A stretch of 64,000 nt of DNA from Glaucostegus cemiculus (Eukaryota). The notes beneath the pieces are model-generated. The model was not told where the DNA came from and searched no databases. It saw nothing but the letters and a program-made list of their open reading frames with translations. Position 1 is the stretch's first letter. Each line of letters begins with the position of its first letter. This document shows, in pieces, positions 12,043 through 23,600 of the stretch. The DNA is taken from positions 3,348,001 through 3,412,000 of the forward strand of contig CDPCPM010000164.1 in the NCBI GenBank assembly GCA_976551045.1. Reading direction: 5' to 3'. The position numbers and the translations under genes are program-made.

Positions 12043-12454
12043 CCCTCCCTCATGTTTCTCCTCCCTACCCACTCCATGATCATAATGTTCCTTCTTCTCT
12101 GTCCTTTCATCACCCCCTCCTTTCCTTCTGGTTTCCGCATCTACGTTGTCCACCCATCCTCCTTATCTCCTGACCTTCTAAAGCCATTCACTTCCCCCAC
12201 CTGTTGGTGACCTTTTCTCATATAGTCATGCAGCACAGAAATGGGGCCTTCAGTCCATCATGTACATGTTGACCTCTTTCTTTTGCCCATCTACCCTAAT
12301 CCCATTTGCCCATATTAGGCCTGTGTCCTTCTATGCCTTGCTGGCTCCATTACCTGTCTAAATGTCCCTTAAACATAGTGATTATTATCTTACTTCACCA
12401 CCTCTTTTGGCAGTGAGTTCCAGACATTAATCACTCTCTGTGTTTCCCCTTTAG

Positions 12455-12990
12455 TATTGGTTTATTATTGTTACTTGTACCGAGGTACAGTGAAAAACTT
12501 GTCTTGCATACTGATCGCACAGGTCAATTCATTACATGGTGCAGTTACATTGAGTTGGTACAGAGCGCATTGAGGTAGTACAGGTAAAAACAATAACTGT
12601 ACAGAGTAAAGTGTCACAGCTACAGAGGAAGTGCAGTACAATATGGTGCAAGGTCACAACAAGGTAGATCGTGAGGTCATAGTCCATCTCATCATATAAG
12701 GGAACTGTTCAATAGTCTTATCCCTGTGGGATAGAAACTGTCCTTGAGCCTGGTGGTACATGCCCTCAGGGTCCTGTATCTTCCGCTTGATGGGAGAGGG
12801 GGAAAGAGAGAATGACCCAGGTGGGTGAGGTCTTTGATTATGCTGGCTGCTTCACCAAGGCAGAGAGAGGTATAGATGGAGTCCAAGGAAGGAAGGCTGT
12901 TTTTCGTGATGTGTTCGACTATGTCCACAACTCTCTGCAGTTTCTTGCGGTCCTGGGCAGAGCAGTTGCCGTACCAAGCCACAATACATC
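12455..12990 (-). mobile_element. Rex1/Babar LINE 3' fragment
   Basis: AWYGNCSAQDRKKLQRVV...HSLFPPLPSSGRYRTLRACTTRLKDSFYPTGIRLLN. Confidence 0.88.
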
Positions 12991-13136
12991 CACCCCTTAA
13001 ATGCCCTTTAAAACTGTCGCCTTAAACCTATGCCCTCTTGTTTTTAATACTTCTACCATTGGAAAAAGATCCTATCTGTGTCTCCCATAATTTTATATAC
13101 CTCTACCAGATCACTCCTCGGCGTACTTCTCTCCAG

Positions 13137-13386
13137 GGCAGCACGGTAGCATAGTGGTTAGTGCGACGCTATTACAGTATCAGTGATCGGGATTTGATAC
13201 CTGTCACTGTCTGTAAGGAGTCTATACATTCCCCCGTGTCTGTATGGGTTTCCTCCAGGTGCTCCGGTTTCCTCCCACATTACAAAGACGTACGGGTAGG
13301 TTAATTTGGGTTTAAAATGGGTGGCGCAGACTCCTTAGGCCGGAAGGTCCTGTTACCACGATGTAAATAAAAATTAAAAAAAAATT
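13137..13386 (+). mobile_element. V-SINE with CR1-type tail
   Basis: Same head and V-domain as the other copies, but ends ggtggcgcagactccttaggccggaaggtcctgttacc..tgtaaataaaaatt. Confidence 0.85.
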
Positions 13387-13669
13387 TAAGCAAACAAGGT
13401 CGGCCTATCCAATCTCTCCCTATAATTAAATTCCTCCAATTCAGGCAACATCCTGGTGAATCTCCTCTCTAGTGCAATCACATCCTTCCTACAGTGTGGT
13501 GACCAGATGATTCTCTTATCTTGTCCTGCTGGTAATAAAGACAACATCTGATCTCTCCACATGCACTTCCATGCAAGATTGACCAGTAAAAATAAATGAG
13601 CACATGAACTCCGTGAACACATCAGGAAGGCTGAGTACGTGAGTTCACTTGCTAGGTAACACACATTGT

Positions 13670-13980
13670 CTTGGAGACACAAGGGACTGCAGATTGCTGG
13701 AATCTGGAGCAACAAACAATCTGAGGAACTCGGCGGGTCAAGCAGCACCTGTGGGAGGTGGGGGGGGGGGGGGAAGGAATTATTGACGTTTCAGGTGGAA
13801 ACCCTGCAGCAGGATTGAGAATGGAGAGGGGAGATGGTCACTAGAGAGAGGGGAAGGGGATGGTGAGACAGGAGTCCGAGATGATTGGTGGACTGAAGAG
13901 GGGTGCAAGATGACAGGCAGGTCGTGCCAGGTAAGGGAGGGGAACGGGGGGTGGAGTTGGGAAGCAGTGGCAGGTGAATG
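13670..13980 (-). mobile_element. Penelope-derived tail fragment with degenerate hammerhead
   Basis: gagacacaagggactgcag...ctggaatctggagcaac...ttgacgtttcaggtggaaaccctgcagcagg followed by a purine-rich tract, as in the other copies. Confidence 0.7.
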
Positions 13981-14134
13981 AGAGATGGAGGCAGACAGAG
14001 AGAGAGAAGAAAAATACTTCAAGAGGAAGATGGAGCAAGTTTGGAGCATGTGTTGTCTTTTTACCACCAAGCATACATTGCATGGCCTGATGTAATGTTG
14101 TTCCAACACTGCCATTCTGTAGTTGGAATGACTG

Positions 14135-14530
14135 TACTTGGGTTGTTTTCTCTGGAACGTCGGAGGCTGAGGGGAGACCTGATAGAAGTTAATAAAATTC
14201 TGCGAGGCATAGTTAGGGTGGACAGTCAGAATCTTTTTCCCCAGAGTAGAAATATCAAGTACTAGAGGACATGCATTTAAAGTGAGAGTTGGAAAGTTTA
14301 AAGGAGATGTGCGGGGCAAGTTCTTTACAGAGAGTGGTGGGTGTGTGGAATGGGCTGCTGGGGGGAGTGATGGAACCTGATATGACAGGTGTTTATGAGG
14401 CTGTTAGCTAGACACAGGAATATGGAGGGATATGGATCAGGTACAGGCCAAAGAGAATTTGATTCAGAATCTTGGTTGATGCAGACATTGTGGGGCGAAG
14501 GGCCTGTTCTTGTGCTGTACTGTTCTATGT
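14135..14530 (+). mobile_element. CR1 3' fragment
   Basis: LGLFSLERRRLRGDLIEVNKILRGIVRVDSQNLFP plus the typical tail gggcgaagggcctgttcttgtgctgtactgttctatgtt. Confidence 0.88.
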
Positions 14531-15216
14531 TATGTGAAGCAGGGTTGGGATTTTGTTTACCGGAGAATGTGAAGGTCTTGCGGTTACAGGTGGAAAAGTT
14601 GAGAACGTGTTATTTTAAATCCCCTTTTGCACTGCTACTAGCTGCTTCACATAGTGTGTTGGCAGAGATTCAAAATACCTTAAGCTGAGAAATGATAAGC
14701 TACATAAGTCAAAACAAAAATAAAGGTGGAAAGGTATGGGAACCAAAGGAATAAAAATGTGTACATTAATTTAAAATATCTTCAGTAGAGAAATGGTTTT
14801 GACAGAACACTGCATGGATTAAGAGCTTTCAAAATGTAGTTATAGTTTTAATTCATTGCATTCTTATTTTGGATACTCTGTGAATGAGGGACCTATATCA
14901 TATGCAGTAGGCTCATTGGTGGAATTCAACCTATTTTTCTGACCAGCAGAATTTATGGCACCAGGTGCAGCTGTTTCTGCTGATGTCCAGGGGCTGTTAT
15001 TTGTCTTTATAAAAGTTACAGGTTTCTGACAGTATTATTAAAGAGAGTCCATAAAGAATATTTGGTGTTTACTGCAGCTGTCAGCAACAAAATACTTCTC
15101 AGGGCACTCCATTGTTTTACTGCTGATAAGGCTTCTGGATTTAAACTCATTCTTCATGTTTTATTTGCATTTGGACATGCTGCTTGATGTGCCCTAGAGC
15201 ATACACTTCATTATAA

Positions 15217-15235
15217 CACACACACACACACACAC
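15217..15235. repeat. (CA)n microsatellite
   Basis: Uninterrupted AC dinucleotide run of about 9 units. Confidence 0.9.
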
Positions 15236-18159
15236 TTGGCTTCAACAAAAAGGCAAGAGAAATAGCACCCTAACAAGCACCGACTATTAGACCACTTCAA
15301 CCAATGTAATAAGGAATGCCATTAAAAGTCTGTCTCTAAAGTCACAATTATTTCATAGTAACTGCTAATTATTTTGTTCCTACTTGAGGGACTTGTGCTG
15401 AAGACGGCAAGGTTTCAACATCATGATGAGATAAAGGTGTAGGTTGGAAACAATTTAGCATGAGGCACCTTGAAATTTCTCATGTAGTGTAAATAATATG
15501 AACAGGATCTCCAGGTAGGCAGGGATCCTCAATGATAAGGTTTCTTTTTATGGGAGCCTTAACTGACAATAAACCATTCAGTTTGTCAGATTAACAAAGC
15601 CAGGCTTCACCTATCGATTCCCATGCAATGATTGCCAGGATCATCTTCATAAGAAGGGGGGAAGGTCCAATCCCCATTCTGTTCCTCTGTTGAGAAGGAA
15701 TTAACTGCTCAGATCAGAAAGGTCAGATGTGCATCTCCTGACACTGGGTGGTTACTTTCAACAAACAGGCATCAGTTGCATCTCCTTCTTTAAAGTGAAT
15801 AGAAGGGTGACAGCTTGGATTCTTGACAAATGAATAACTGAAGAGAACAATTTTAATGAACAAATATCACCATATTACACATCAAAATGAAATTTACTAC
15901 TGTAATAGCAACAATAACCAGCCCCCCCCCCCGCCCCCCAGGGCTTCATCCATGTGATTGCCTTCCAGTTTGGTTTACTTGCCCTTCCACTGTTGGGAAG
16001 TATCTACCAGTTACTGCCAGAGGAAGGCTGTTCCTTCTCTCTGAAGGGCACAGCAAATGTCCATGATGGATGCCCAAAATGAGCACTTGGCCTATCAGGT
16101 CTAGTCACCAACTGCAGCATCTCACTATGGTATAGGTAAGACTATCGACTAAGAACTAGTGGTGGGAGGGGTAATGTTGATACCTTGAGGGAGAATGAAG
16201 CCTTTGCACTCCACAATCCTAGTGGACCTCTTCCTGGGATCTGATGGACAAGGAATCATTCATCTGCTGTGAGCCAGGTCTCACATGTCAATACTGGTGA
16301 CTCTCTCCCACAATACAGCTTTCTCACAGAGTGTTCTCACAATAGTTACCTTTCTGTTTGCATAGAACTCTATAAACAAAACCTGATGGACAGAAATCTG
16401 CTCCATGATGCTGTTTCTCTGTTCCCACTGACCCACCAGAAGTTAAGGAAAAAGGCTTTTAAGTTGCTGGGCCAAAGACTTCTGACTCACCATTAGGTTG
16501 ATATAACTAACCATTATGCCATGTTTTATGATCCTAACTGATTTAACTAAATCAATTAAGTGGCCTGAAATTCTAACAATATAAAGGCAGTTAACACATG
16601 GATCCTGGCTTCCACTACCCCAATCCTTTCCCTTACACGATGGGATTAGGAGAGGAGTGGTGGGAGGGGAAGTATGGGTGTTAAATCAAGACCACCAAAA
16701 ATGAACAAAACACACTGACGGTCAAAAACTAAGATTAGTAGTTAATAAAAGCAAATTAATCTCAATGGAATGACTTGAATAAACCTATCGGAGAAGGACC
16801 TTGAGATTAATCCCAAGAGACAATTAAATAATTGTTGCACTAGTTGCAGTCAAACGTCAGTCAAGAAAATCTCTGTTTAACAGGGATTTTTGTGTTATTC
16901 TTGTACTCAACACATTTTACATGAATGAGGAGGATTATAAGGTATTGAAACCACATAAAAGCCATTCTGTTTTAATGCCAAATTTTATTTCACAAAGAGT
17001 CAATGGGGCAGTTAGATTACAATACATTTGCTATTTTGTTTTCAATGGGAAAGAAAGCTCACATATATAGTTAAGGCACTTTTTGATCATCAGAGATAAT
17101 TAAGTGTTACGAGCAGCAGAGAGTTAATAGTTCGACTGATGTGCATAGCTGCCACGTACTACATTGCAAATAAAAGCATATCTTTGGTTAATGGTCAGGT
17201 TGCAAATAGATCCAGATGATTCTGCTATTGCCTTATTAGTAATCTTAACAAATGCAGGCAGGAATGCCCAATGCTCACTTGGTAGTAAGCATGTATTGCA
17301 TTTACAAAAGTTCTTCAAAAGTCTTTTCTGGTGTATCAGGAGCTACTTATGTTTATGAAGCAGATAGGGGCCAACACTCAGAGACATACCTCTTGTTATT
17401 GCCTGCTCATTGTGGTGCTGTTCCTCAAAGTAAAATATACCTGTTGAAAAGTGGACATAAACTCAAGGGACTCATAAAATTTTGTCATTATCTACTAGAA
17501 AGCCAACCACTTTAATACAGCAAAGTATTACTAATGGCGGGATTGCCATTGCTCTGCTGCTGATAGCATTGTCTTAATATAGGAGTGCCTGATCCTGAAT
17601 CAAGCATTTCAGGGCTGTTTACTTAAGTATATGAATTATGTGCAAGTACATCTTTGCAAATGACCACTGACCTGCCTACACAAATAGGAAATTCAGTCTC
17701 CCCAAATACTGAAGGATGACTCTGCTGTTTTACATTGGGCATTGAGGAAGCAAAGGAAAGAGGCAGTTAATTCAACTGAGAAAAATCCAACTTCTTGCAG
17801 TTCAATTCCAACATAACAATATGTGCAGAAACTGGAGACTTGCACTGAAGCACAGTGACATCGTTAATAAAGAATAAGTTAAAATATCAGGTTCAACTAA
17901 ATAACTAAGTATCTTTGCATATATTCAACTGAATTCTCTAACATTTGGATGAAAAAATTAGGAGACATGAAGGACTGACTCTTAGTTGTGGACCTAATCT
18001 TTGTACAATTCTTCACTCTCAGGAAGACGAGAGCTGACATTGTTAATTTTACATTTCTTTAGTTAAAAACTTGAAAAAAGATTCCCTAATTTTATTTCTC
18101 ATTAAGTTGAGAGAAAAGTTCCATCAATTGACAATAGGTAGCCTGGATTTGACAGTGAC

Positions 18160-18635
18160 ACAGTCACGAAGAATAGGAACAGGCACTTTACTCTATTCAA
18201 GTCTCTGCTGACCATTACTGGCACTTGCTCCATAATCTTCAGTTCCTTGGTGTTCAGGTGCTCCTCCACATAACTCTTAAATGTTGCAAGAGTCTCTGCC
18301 TCCACCACGCCTTTAGGCAGTGTTCCAGATTCCAATCACTGTCTGGATGAAAAAGATTTTCCTTCAATCCTTTTCACACCTTTCTCCTACCTTTTACTTA
18401 TGTCTTCCAGTTTTAGACACCTCTGCTATGAGGGAGAGTTTCCTTCTATCTGTCCTGTCTTTGCCCCACAATTTTATTTATGTCAGTCAGGTCCCTCCTC
18501 AGCCTCTTCTGCTCCAAGGGAAAAAACAACCTAGCCTATTCAGTCTCTCCTCAAAACTGAAACACTCCCATCCCGGGCAACATCCTGCTGAATTTCCTCT
18601 GTACAATCATGTCCTTCCTGCAGTGGTGTGACCAG
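18160..18635 (-). mobile_element. CR1 3' fragment
   Basis: Minus-strand QRKFSRMLPGM...WNTLPKGVVEAETLATFK motifs. Confidence 0.75.
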
Positions 18636-18740
18636 AACATGCACTGTGTAATGAATTGACTTGCATGAAATGTATGCAGGACCTTGGTACATGTGACAAC
18701 AAAAAGGAACATTTCTAATAACTGCGCACAGTACTTCATC

Positions 18741-18943
18741 TAAGTTAAGATCTTTATTAATCACATGTACATCGAAACACAAAGTGAAATACATCTTTTG
18801 CGTAGTGTTTTTTGGGGGGCAGCCCACAAGTGTCGCCACGCTTCCGGTGCCAACATAGCATGCCCACAACTTCCTAACCTGTATGTCTTTGGAAAGTGGG
18901 AGGAAACTGGACCCACACAGACATGGGGAGAATGTACAAACTC
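18741..18943 (-). mobile_element. 5'-truncated V-SINE with Rex1-type tail
   Basis: Partial V-domain and tail identical in layout to 30423-30713. Confidence 0.85.
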
Positions 18944-19204
18944 TACCATAATCTCCCTGCTTTTATCTACCTCAGCTCATGAAGGCAACTACTTCGCAAG
19001 TCTTTTTCACCAATTTATCTACCTGTGTTGCCACCTTTGCAGGTTCTTGTATGCCAAGGATTCTCTGTTTCTCCCTGCTTCCAAGGCCCTACCATTCATT
19101 GTGTGTGTCCTAGCCTTAATAGTCCTCCCATAATGCCTCACCTCACACTCATCAGGTTTAAATTCCATTTGCCCATCCTACCAATTGATCAGTATTATCA
19201 GTAG

Positions 19205-19720
19205 AATCATAGTCATACAGCACAGAAACAGGCCCTTCGGCCCAACTTGTCCATGCCGATTGTTTTGCTCAGCGAGCTAGTCCCACCTGCCTGCTTTTGA
19301 CCCATAGCCCTCTAAACCTCTCCTATCCATGTACTTATCTAGATGGCTTTTAAATGTTGCTAATGTGCCTGTCTCAAACATTATTTCTGGCAGCTCGTTC
19401 CAGATACACACCACCCTTTGTGTGAAGAAGCTGTCCCTGATGTCCCTTTTAAATCTCTCACCTCTGATCTTAAACCTATGCCCTCTTGTTTTTAGCACCC
19501 TCTCCCTGGGAAAAGACTACATACTTTCACCCTGTCTACGCCCCTCATGATCTTGTACACCTCTGTCAGATCACCCCTCAATCTCCTACATTCCAGGCGA
19601 TTGAGTCCTAGTCTATACAACCTCTCCTTGTCACTAACTCAGACCCCCCCAAGTCCAGGCCACATCATGGTAAGTCTTCTCTGCACTCTTTCTAGTTCAG
19701 TAATATCTTTCCTATACAGG
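19205..19720 (-). mobile_element. CR1 3' fragment (same subfamily as 54235-54820)
   Basis: LKTRGHRFKIRGERFKRDIRDSFFTQRVVCIWNELP plus CR1 tail. Confidence 0.88.
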
Positions 19721-20805
19721 CCAGTTTTGGTCCCAATTTACCAACTTGCCTTGTATTATTTATTTATCCCAAGGGCTTTCACCTGTTGGTCCAGTCTCCC
19801 ATGTGGAACCTTGCAAAAGGCCTTTTTGAAGTCCATCCATATCACATCAGCTGTATTTCCCTCATCAATATATAATCTGCATCAATAGTTAAAGTCAAAA
19901 GCAATCATTTCAATATACAAAAAGCTCACAAACCCCAAGCTGACCTCTTCTGCAATTTCCAACAAAAAATGCACTAATGCAAAGTGTTTCTTTTCTGTAA
20001 TGGTGGTAAACTGACCAATTTAGTGGTGTCATAACGTCTTCTTTGAGTGTTAATTACAAGGGCAAGATAAATGTGGGGAGTGGGAGCTTCAACTAAGAAC
20101 AACATTTCTCTTCCGCTTATAGTGCGGAGAGGAACATTTGCTAAATAGTGTAGGCACATGCTTCTCTAAAAAAGATCAAGGTGAGGTATTAGCATCCAAC
20201 TGAGATCTTTATCTTTCTTCTCCTTTATCCTAAACAAGTGAAGATATTCAAACAGTCAGGTAAAATAGCCTCCGGAAGAATAAGAGCTCCTGCCAGAATT
20301 AGCAGATAGACTTTGAGTGCATATGAACTATATCCCAGATGGAAGATCAATGGTCCCCATAAACCAGATAAATTAGGCTAATCATTAAAATCAATAGTTC
20401 ATGTACAACTTTTAAACATTTGGTGCACTGTGTTATGCACCATTATATAGCAGATATCCAAAATTTAGCCTTAATCATGATATGAAAATTACAGTATGTT
20501 TTCCACAAAATGAGTTAAAGACTGCATGCCTATAAAGGATCTGTGTAAGATACAGCTCTGGAAATTATGTATTTTCAGAGTAATGATCCATTCACACAGT
20601 CGTCAGTGTCCATTCACTGTACGGGATGTTCAACTTCCAATTGAAGTACTTAGGGTCTAAAATGGTTCACAGGTTTCAAATAAATTGAAACTGTGTAGAA
20701 AGATCGTCATTCATTTTTCAGTTCTGCATTTTATCATTCACCTCTGCATTGTGTGGTAATCAGGAATTATACTCTGAGTCTGTCATGTCCTGACAGATTT
20801 AGTCT

Positions 20806-20949
20806 TCAGCTGTTCATGGGTACCTTAACCACAAACACCATCGGGTCCAGCGATTTGTTACTGAAGGATCGACGAATTATATCCACTGCTTGTCGGTGGG
20901 TGACGTTTTGTAGGCTTTCTTCATCAACTGAAACCAATTCATAACCAGC
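20806..20949 (-). CDS. PDZD7: PDZD7 terminal coding exon (end of PDZ3 plus TGA stop)
   Basis: ctttgtgCAG acceptor, phase 0. Translates AGYELVSVDEESLQNVTHRQAVDIIRRSFSNKSLDPMVFVVKVPMNS*, similar to human [44 protein letters not shown]. Confidence 0.95.
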   Translation of the reverse strand, partial: AGYELVSVDEESLQNVTHRQAVDIIRRSFSNKSLDPMVFVVKVPMNS

Positions 20950-21090
20950 CTGCACAAAGGTAACAGAACATCACAATTACTGTTCAATACTATTTATCCA
21001 GCTGGTTCCCCATAAACAGCATCTGGACAAATGAGTGAAGAATATTCCTCCATTGAAGTAGCAGGTCAAAACCAATGAGGAGCTTTGACA

Positions 21091-21305
21091 TCACACAAAC
21101 CACTGAAGGAACTCAATGGGTTAGGCTGTACCTGTGGAGGGAAATGGACAGTTGATGTTTTAGGTCAAGATCTGTTCAGATGAAGAAACTCGACCTGAAA
21201 TGCCCACTGTCCACTTCCCTCCACAGATGCTGCCTGACCCGTTGAGTTCCTCTAGTGCTTTGTGTGTTGCTCCAGATTCCAGCATCTGCAGTCTCTTGTG
21301 ACTCC
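21091..21305. mobile_element. Palindromic Penelope-derived element near the PDZD7 terminal-exon acceptor
   Basis: Inverted arms around cagatgaagaaactcgacctgaaa; degenerate TSD aggagctttgac / aggacctatgac. Confidence 0.8.
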
Positions 21306-21559
21306 AGGACCTATGACGTGACTGTTTGAATCAGAGAATAATAATCCTGGAAGGAATTGAGCATCTCTAGTCACCTTGACAGGAGCTCACGGAGACCATG
21401 TACACAATATCTACCCACCCACCCATCCATCATACCACCTGCTCCAATCTGCCCAGAGTCTGTCGATCGAGCATAGCCTCCATCAGCTAGATCAGTTCCC
21501 ACAGAACTAGAACTGCAATGGAATCATGTAACCCTACCTCAAGGATCTACTTAAAAAGG

Positions 21560-23600
21560 GTAAAGATAAAGATTGGCAAGCTACGACTAATGGAATATTG
21601 CAGGGATCAGTACTTCTACTCCTATTCATGAGTTTTATCAATGATTTGGCTACGGGAACCAAATGTCTTTTTTCTAAGGGCTTCTAAGTAAGGAGGAGGA
21701 TGTAAAAAGGCTTCAAGGAGACAGCAGCAAGCTGAATGAGTGGGTGAGACAATACAATGTGGAAAAAATGTGAAGCTATCCACTTTGCTTTTGTATTTTC
21801 TGCACCGGAGCATTTTTCAAATGGCAAGAGTTATAGGAAAGACATGGTTAAACTGGAAAGAGTGCAGAAAAGATTTATGAGGATGTTGCCAGGACTAGAG
21901 GGCTTGAGTTATAGGGAGAGGTTGGCCAGGCTAGGTCTTTATTCCTTGGAACGTAGGAGATTGAGGGGAGTGACCTTATAGAATTGTTAAAAATTATGAG
22001 AGTCACAGATAAGGTGGACCATAACAGTCTTTTCACAAAGGTAGGGAAGTCCAAAACTAGGGGGTGTAGGTTTAGGGTGAGAGGGGAAAGATTTGAAAGG
22101 GACCTTGTGGTATGAAAGCACATGGCTGTCCTGTGACAGTGACAACACTGACCCCTCTGGTCGGAGGACAGCATTGCTCATTGGGTCAGAAGTGACAAAA
22201 TTTGGCTCCACCCCACCCATCAGGGGTGGGCATAGGGATTGGCCTTGAAGAGCATCTTTGTTCCTGAACCTGCCTGACCACTGGCCTTGATAAACCCCTT
22301 TGTCCTTGACCCCCCCCCCCCAACCCAACCAAACCATTGGCCTGTCTAAAGTACCTGGCCTGGCTCCACCCAGCCCTCCAGCACTATAAAGAGTGCTGCA
22401 CATGCCTAGCACTCTCTTTTTTGACTACCCCAGGAATGGTGCAACAATGCTGCAGAGACCATTGGTAAGAGTGTGCACCACCACATGGTTTGGGAGTGTC
22501 TCAGACAGATTCCAAGGTGTGTTAGAGCCAATGCTTGTCTAGGTCAAGGTGTTCAGGCATTGAAGTGTTTATCCCTTGGTAAGTTGTAACTTGTTTATTG
22601 TGTGTATCTCACCTGCATTGTGAATTCCCTTACTTTTGTGATCTCCTGTCTATGTGTGTGTGCATGAGTGTGCATTTGTTCCCATTCATTCCATTCCTGT
22701 GCTTGCCTTTGTGACTAAACTATTTTAAGATCCAAAACCTGTGTCCAGAGTCCTCCATCTTTAAGATACAAGAAGAACCTTTTTCACACAACAGACCTGA
22801 GGAGCAACCAGAGGCTGTGGTTGGGACAGGTACAATTGTATCATTTAAGAAGCACTTGGAGGAGCAGGGCTAAGAGGGAAATGGGCTGAATGCAGGAAAT
22901 TGGGACTAGTTGGGTGGACAATGTGGTCAGCATAGACTGGTTGGGCTGAAGGGCCTGTATCTGTGTTGTATTGCTCTATGACTCTAAGATCAGGTAAGGT
23001 TGCTGCTCAGAAGGACCCAGGTATCCTTAGACACTAGTCATTGAAAGCCAACATACAGGTGCAGCAAGCAATTAGGTATTAGCAAATGATAATGTTGGCC
23101 TTTATCATGAAAGGCCTGGAGTATAAGAGTAATGATATCTTACTATAATTATATACAGCCTTCTGATGAGGCTGTATCTTAAGTATTGTGTGCTGCTGTG
23201 GTCTCCTCATACTTGCCCCAGAGGGTGTGGAGCAAAGGTTATTAAACTGGTTCCAGGGATGGCAGACTTGTTGTGTGAGAATGTGATTAGACTAGGTCTG
23301 CATTCTCTAATGTGAAGAAAAATGCGAGATCTCATTGAAATTCTTACAGGGATCAACATGGAGGATGTTTCCCTGGCTGAGAAATCTAGAAGTAGAGGTT
23401 ATAGTCTCAATGCAAAGAGTGGGCCACCACGGTTTGAAATGAGGGCAAATTTCTTTACTCAAAGGATGGTGAATCTTAGAAGGGCTGTGGAGACTCTGGC
23501 ATTGAGTCCATTCAGATCAGAAATTGGTAGGTTTCTGGATATTCAGGGATCAGGGAATATGGGGATAGTGTAGGAAACTGGTCCTCCCCAAGTTATGAGC
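21560..23600 (+). mobile_element. Cluster of CR1 fragments (older copy with a younger copy inside, itself split by a solo LTR)
   Basis: YRKDMVKLERVQKRFMRMLPGLEGLSYRERLARLGLYSLERRRLRG, older RT remnants (QGSVL..., QVQQAI..AN.MLAFI) and a CR1 tail at ~22900-22985. Confidence 0.8.
22106..22793 (+). mobile_element. Solo LTR (688 bp) related to 11376-12042, inserted into a CR1 fragment
   Basis: TGT...ACA termini with a 5-bp TSD GACCT (22101-22105 and 22794-22798); the CR1 sequence resumes after the TSD. Shares ordered motifs with the first LTR. Confidence 0.85.

Larger units (their letters stand above)
12225..13510 (-). mobile_element. CR1 3' fragment interrupted by Rex1 and V-SINE insertions
   Basis: CR1 tail (tagtcatgcagcacagaaatggggccttcag...) and RFTRMLPELEEFNYRERLDR frame on the minus strand. 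Confidence 0.75.

Noticed and set aside
11632-12153. 173-aa minus-strand ORF
   Set aside because: It runs antisense through the solo LTR and TG-rich low-complexity sequence and has no recognisable domain.
13759-13773. Long G/C homopolymers (also ~2274, ~15922, ~33811, ~57103) as functional G-quadruplex elements
   Set aside because: They are simple homopolymer expansions, mostly inside repeats, and their lengths are unreliable in assemblies.
16980-20805. PDZD7 polyadenylation site
   Set aside because: No clear minus-strand AATAAA lies close to the stop codon; more distant matches (~19759, ~18753, ~18090, ~16984) are partly inside repeats and cannot be chosen between without transcript data.
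11376-22793. The two LTRs as ends of one 11-kb provirus
   Set aside because: Each has its own distinct TSD, they are highly diverged, and the sequence between them has no gag/pol but does contain the PDZD7 terminal exon.
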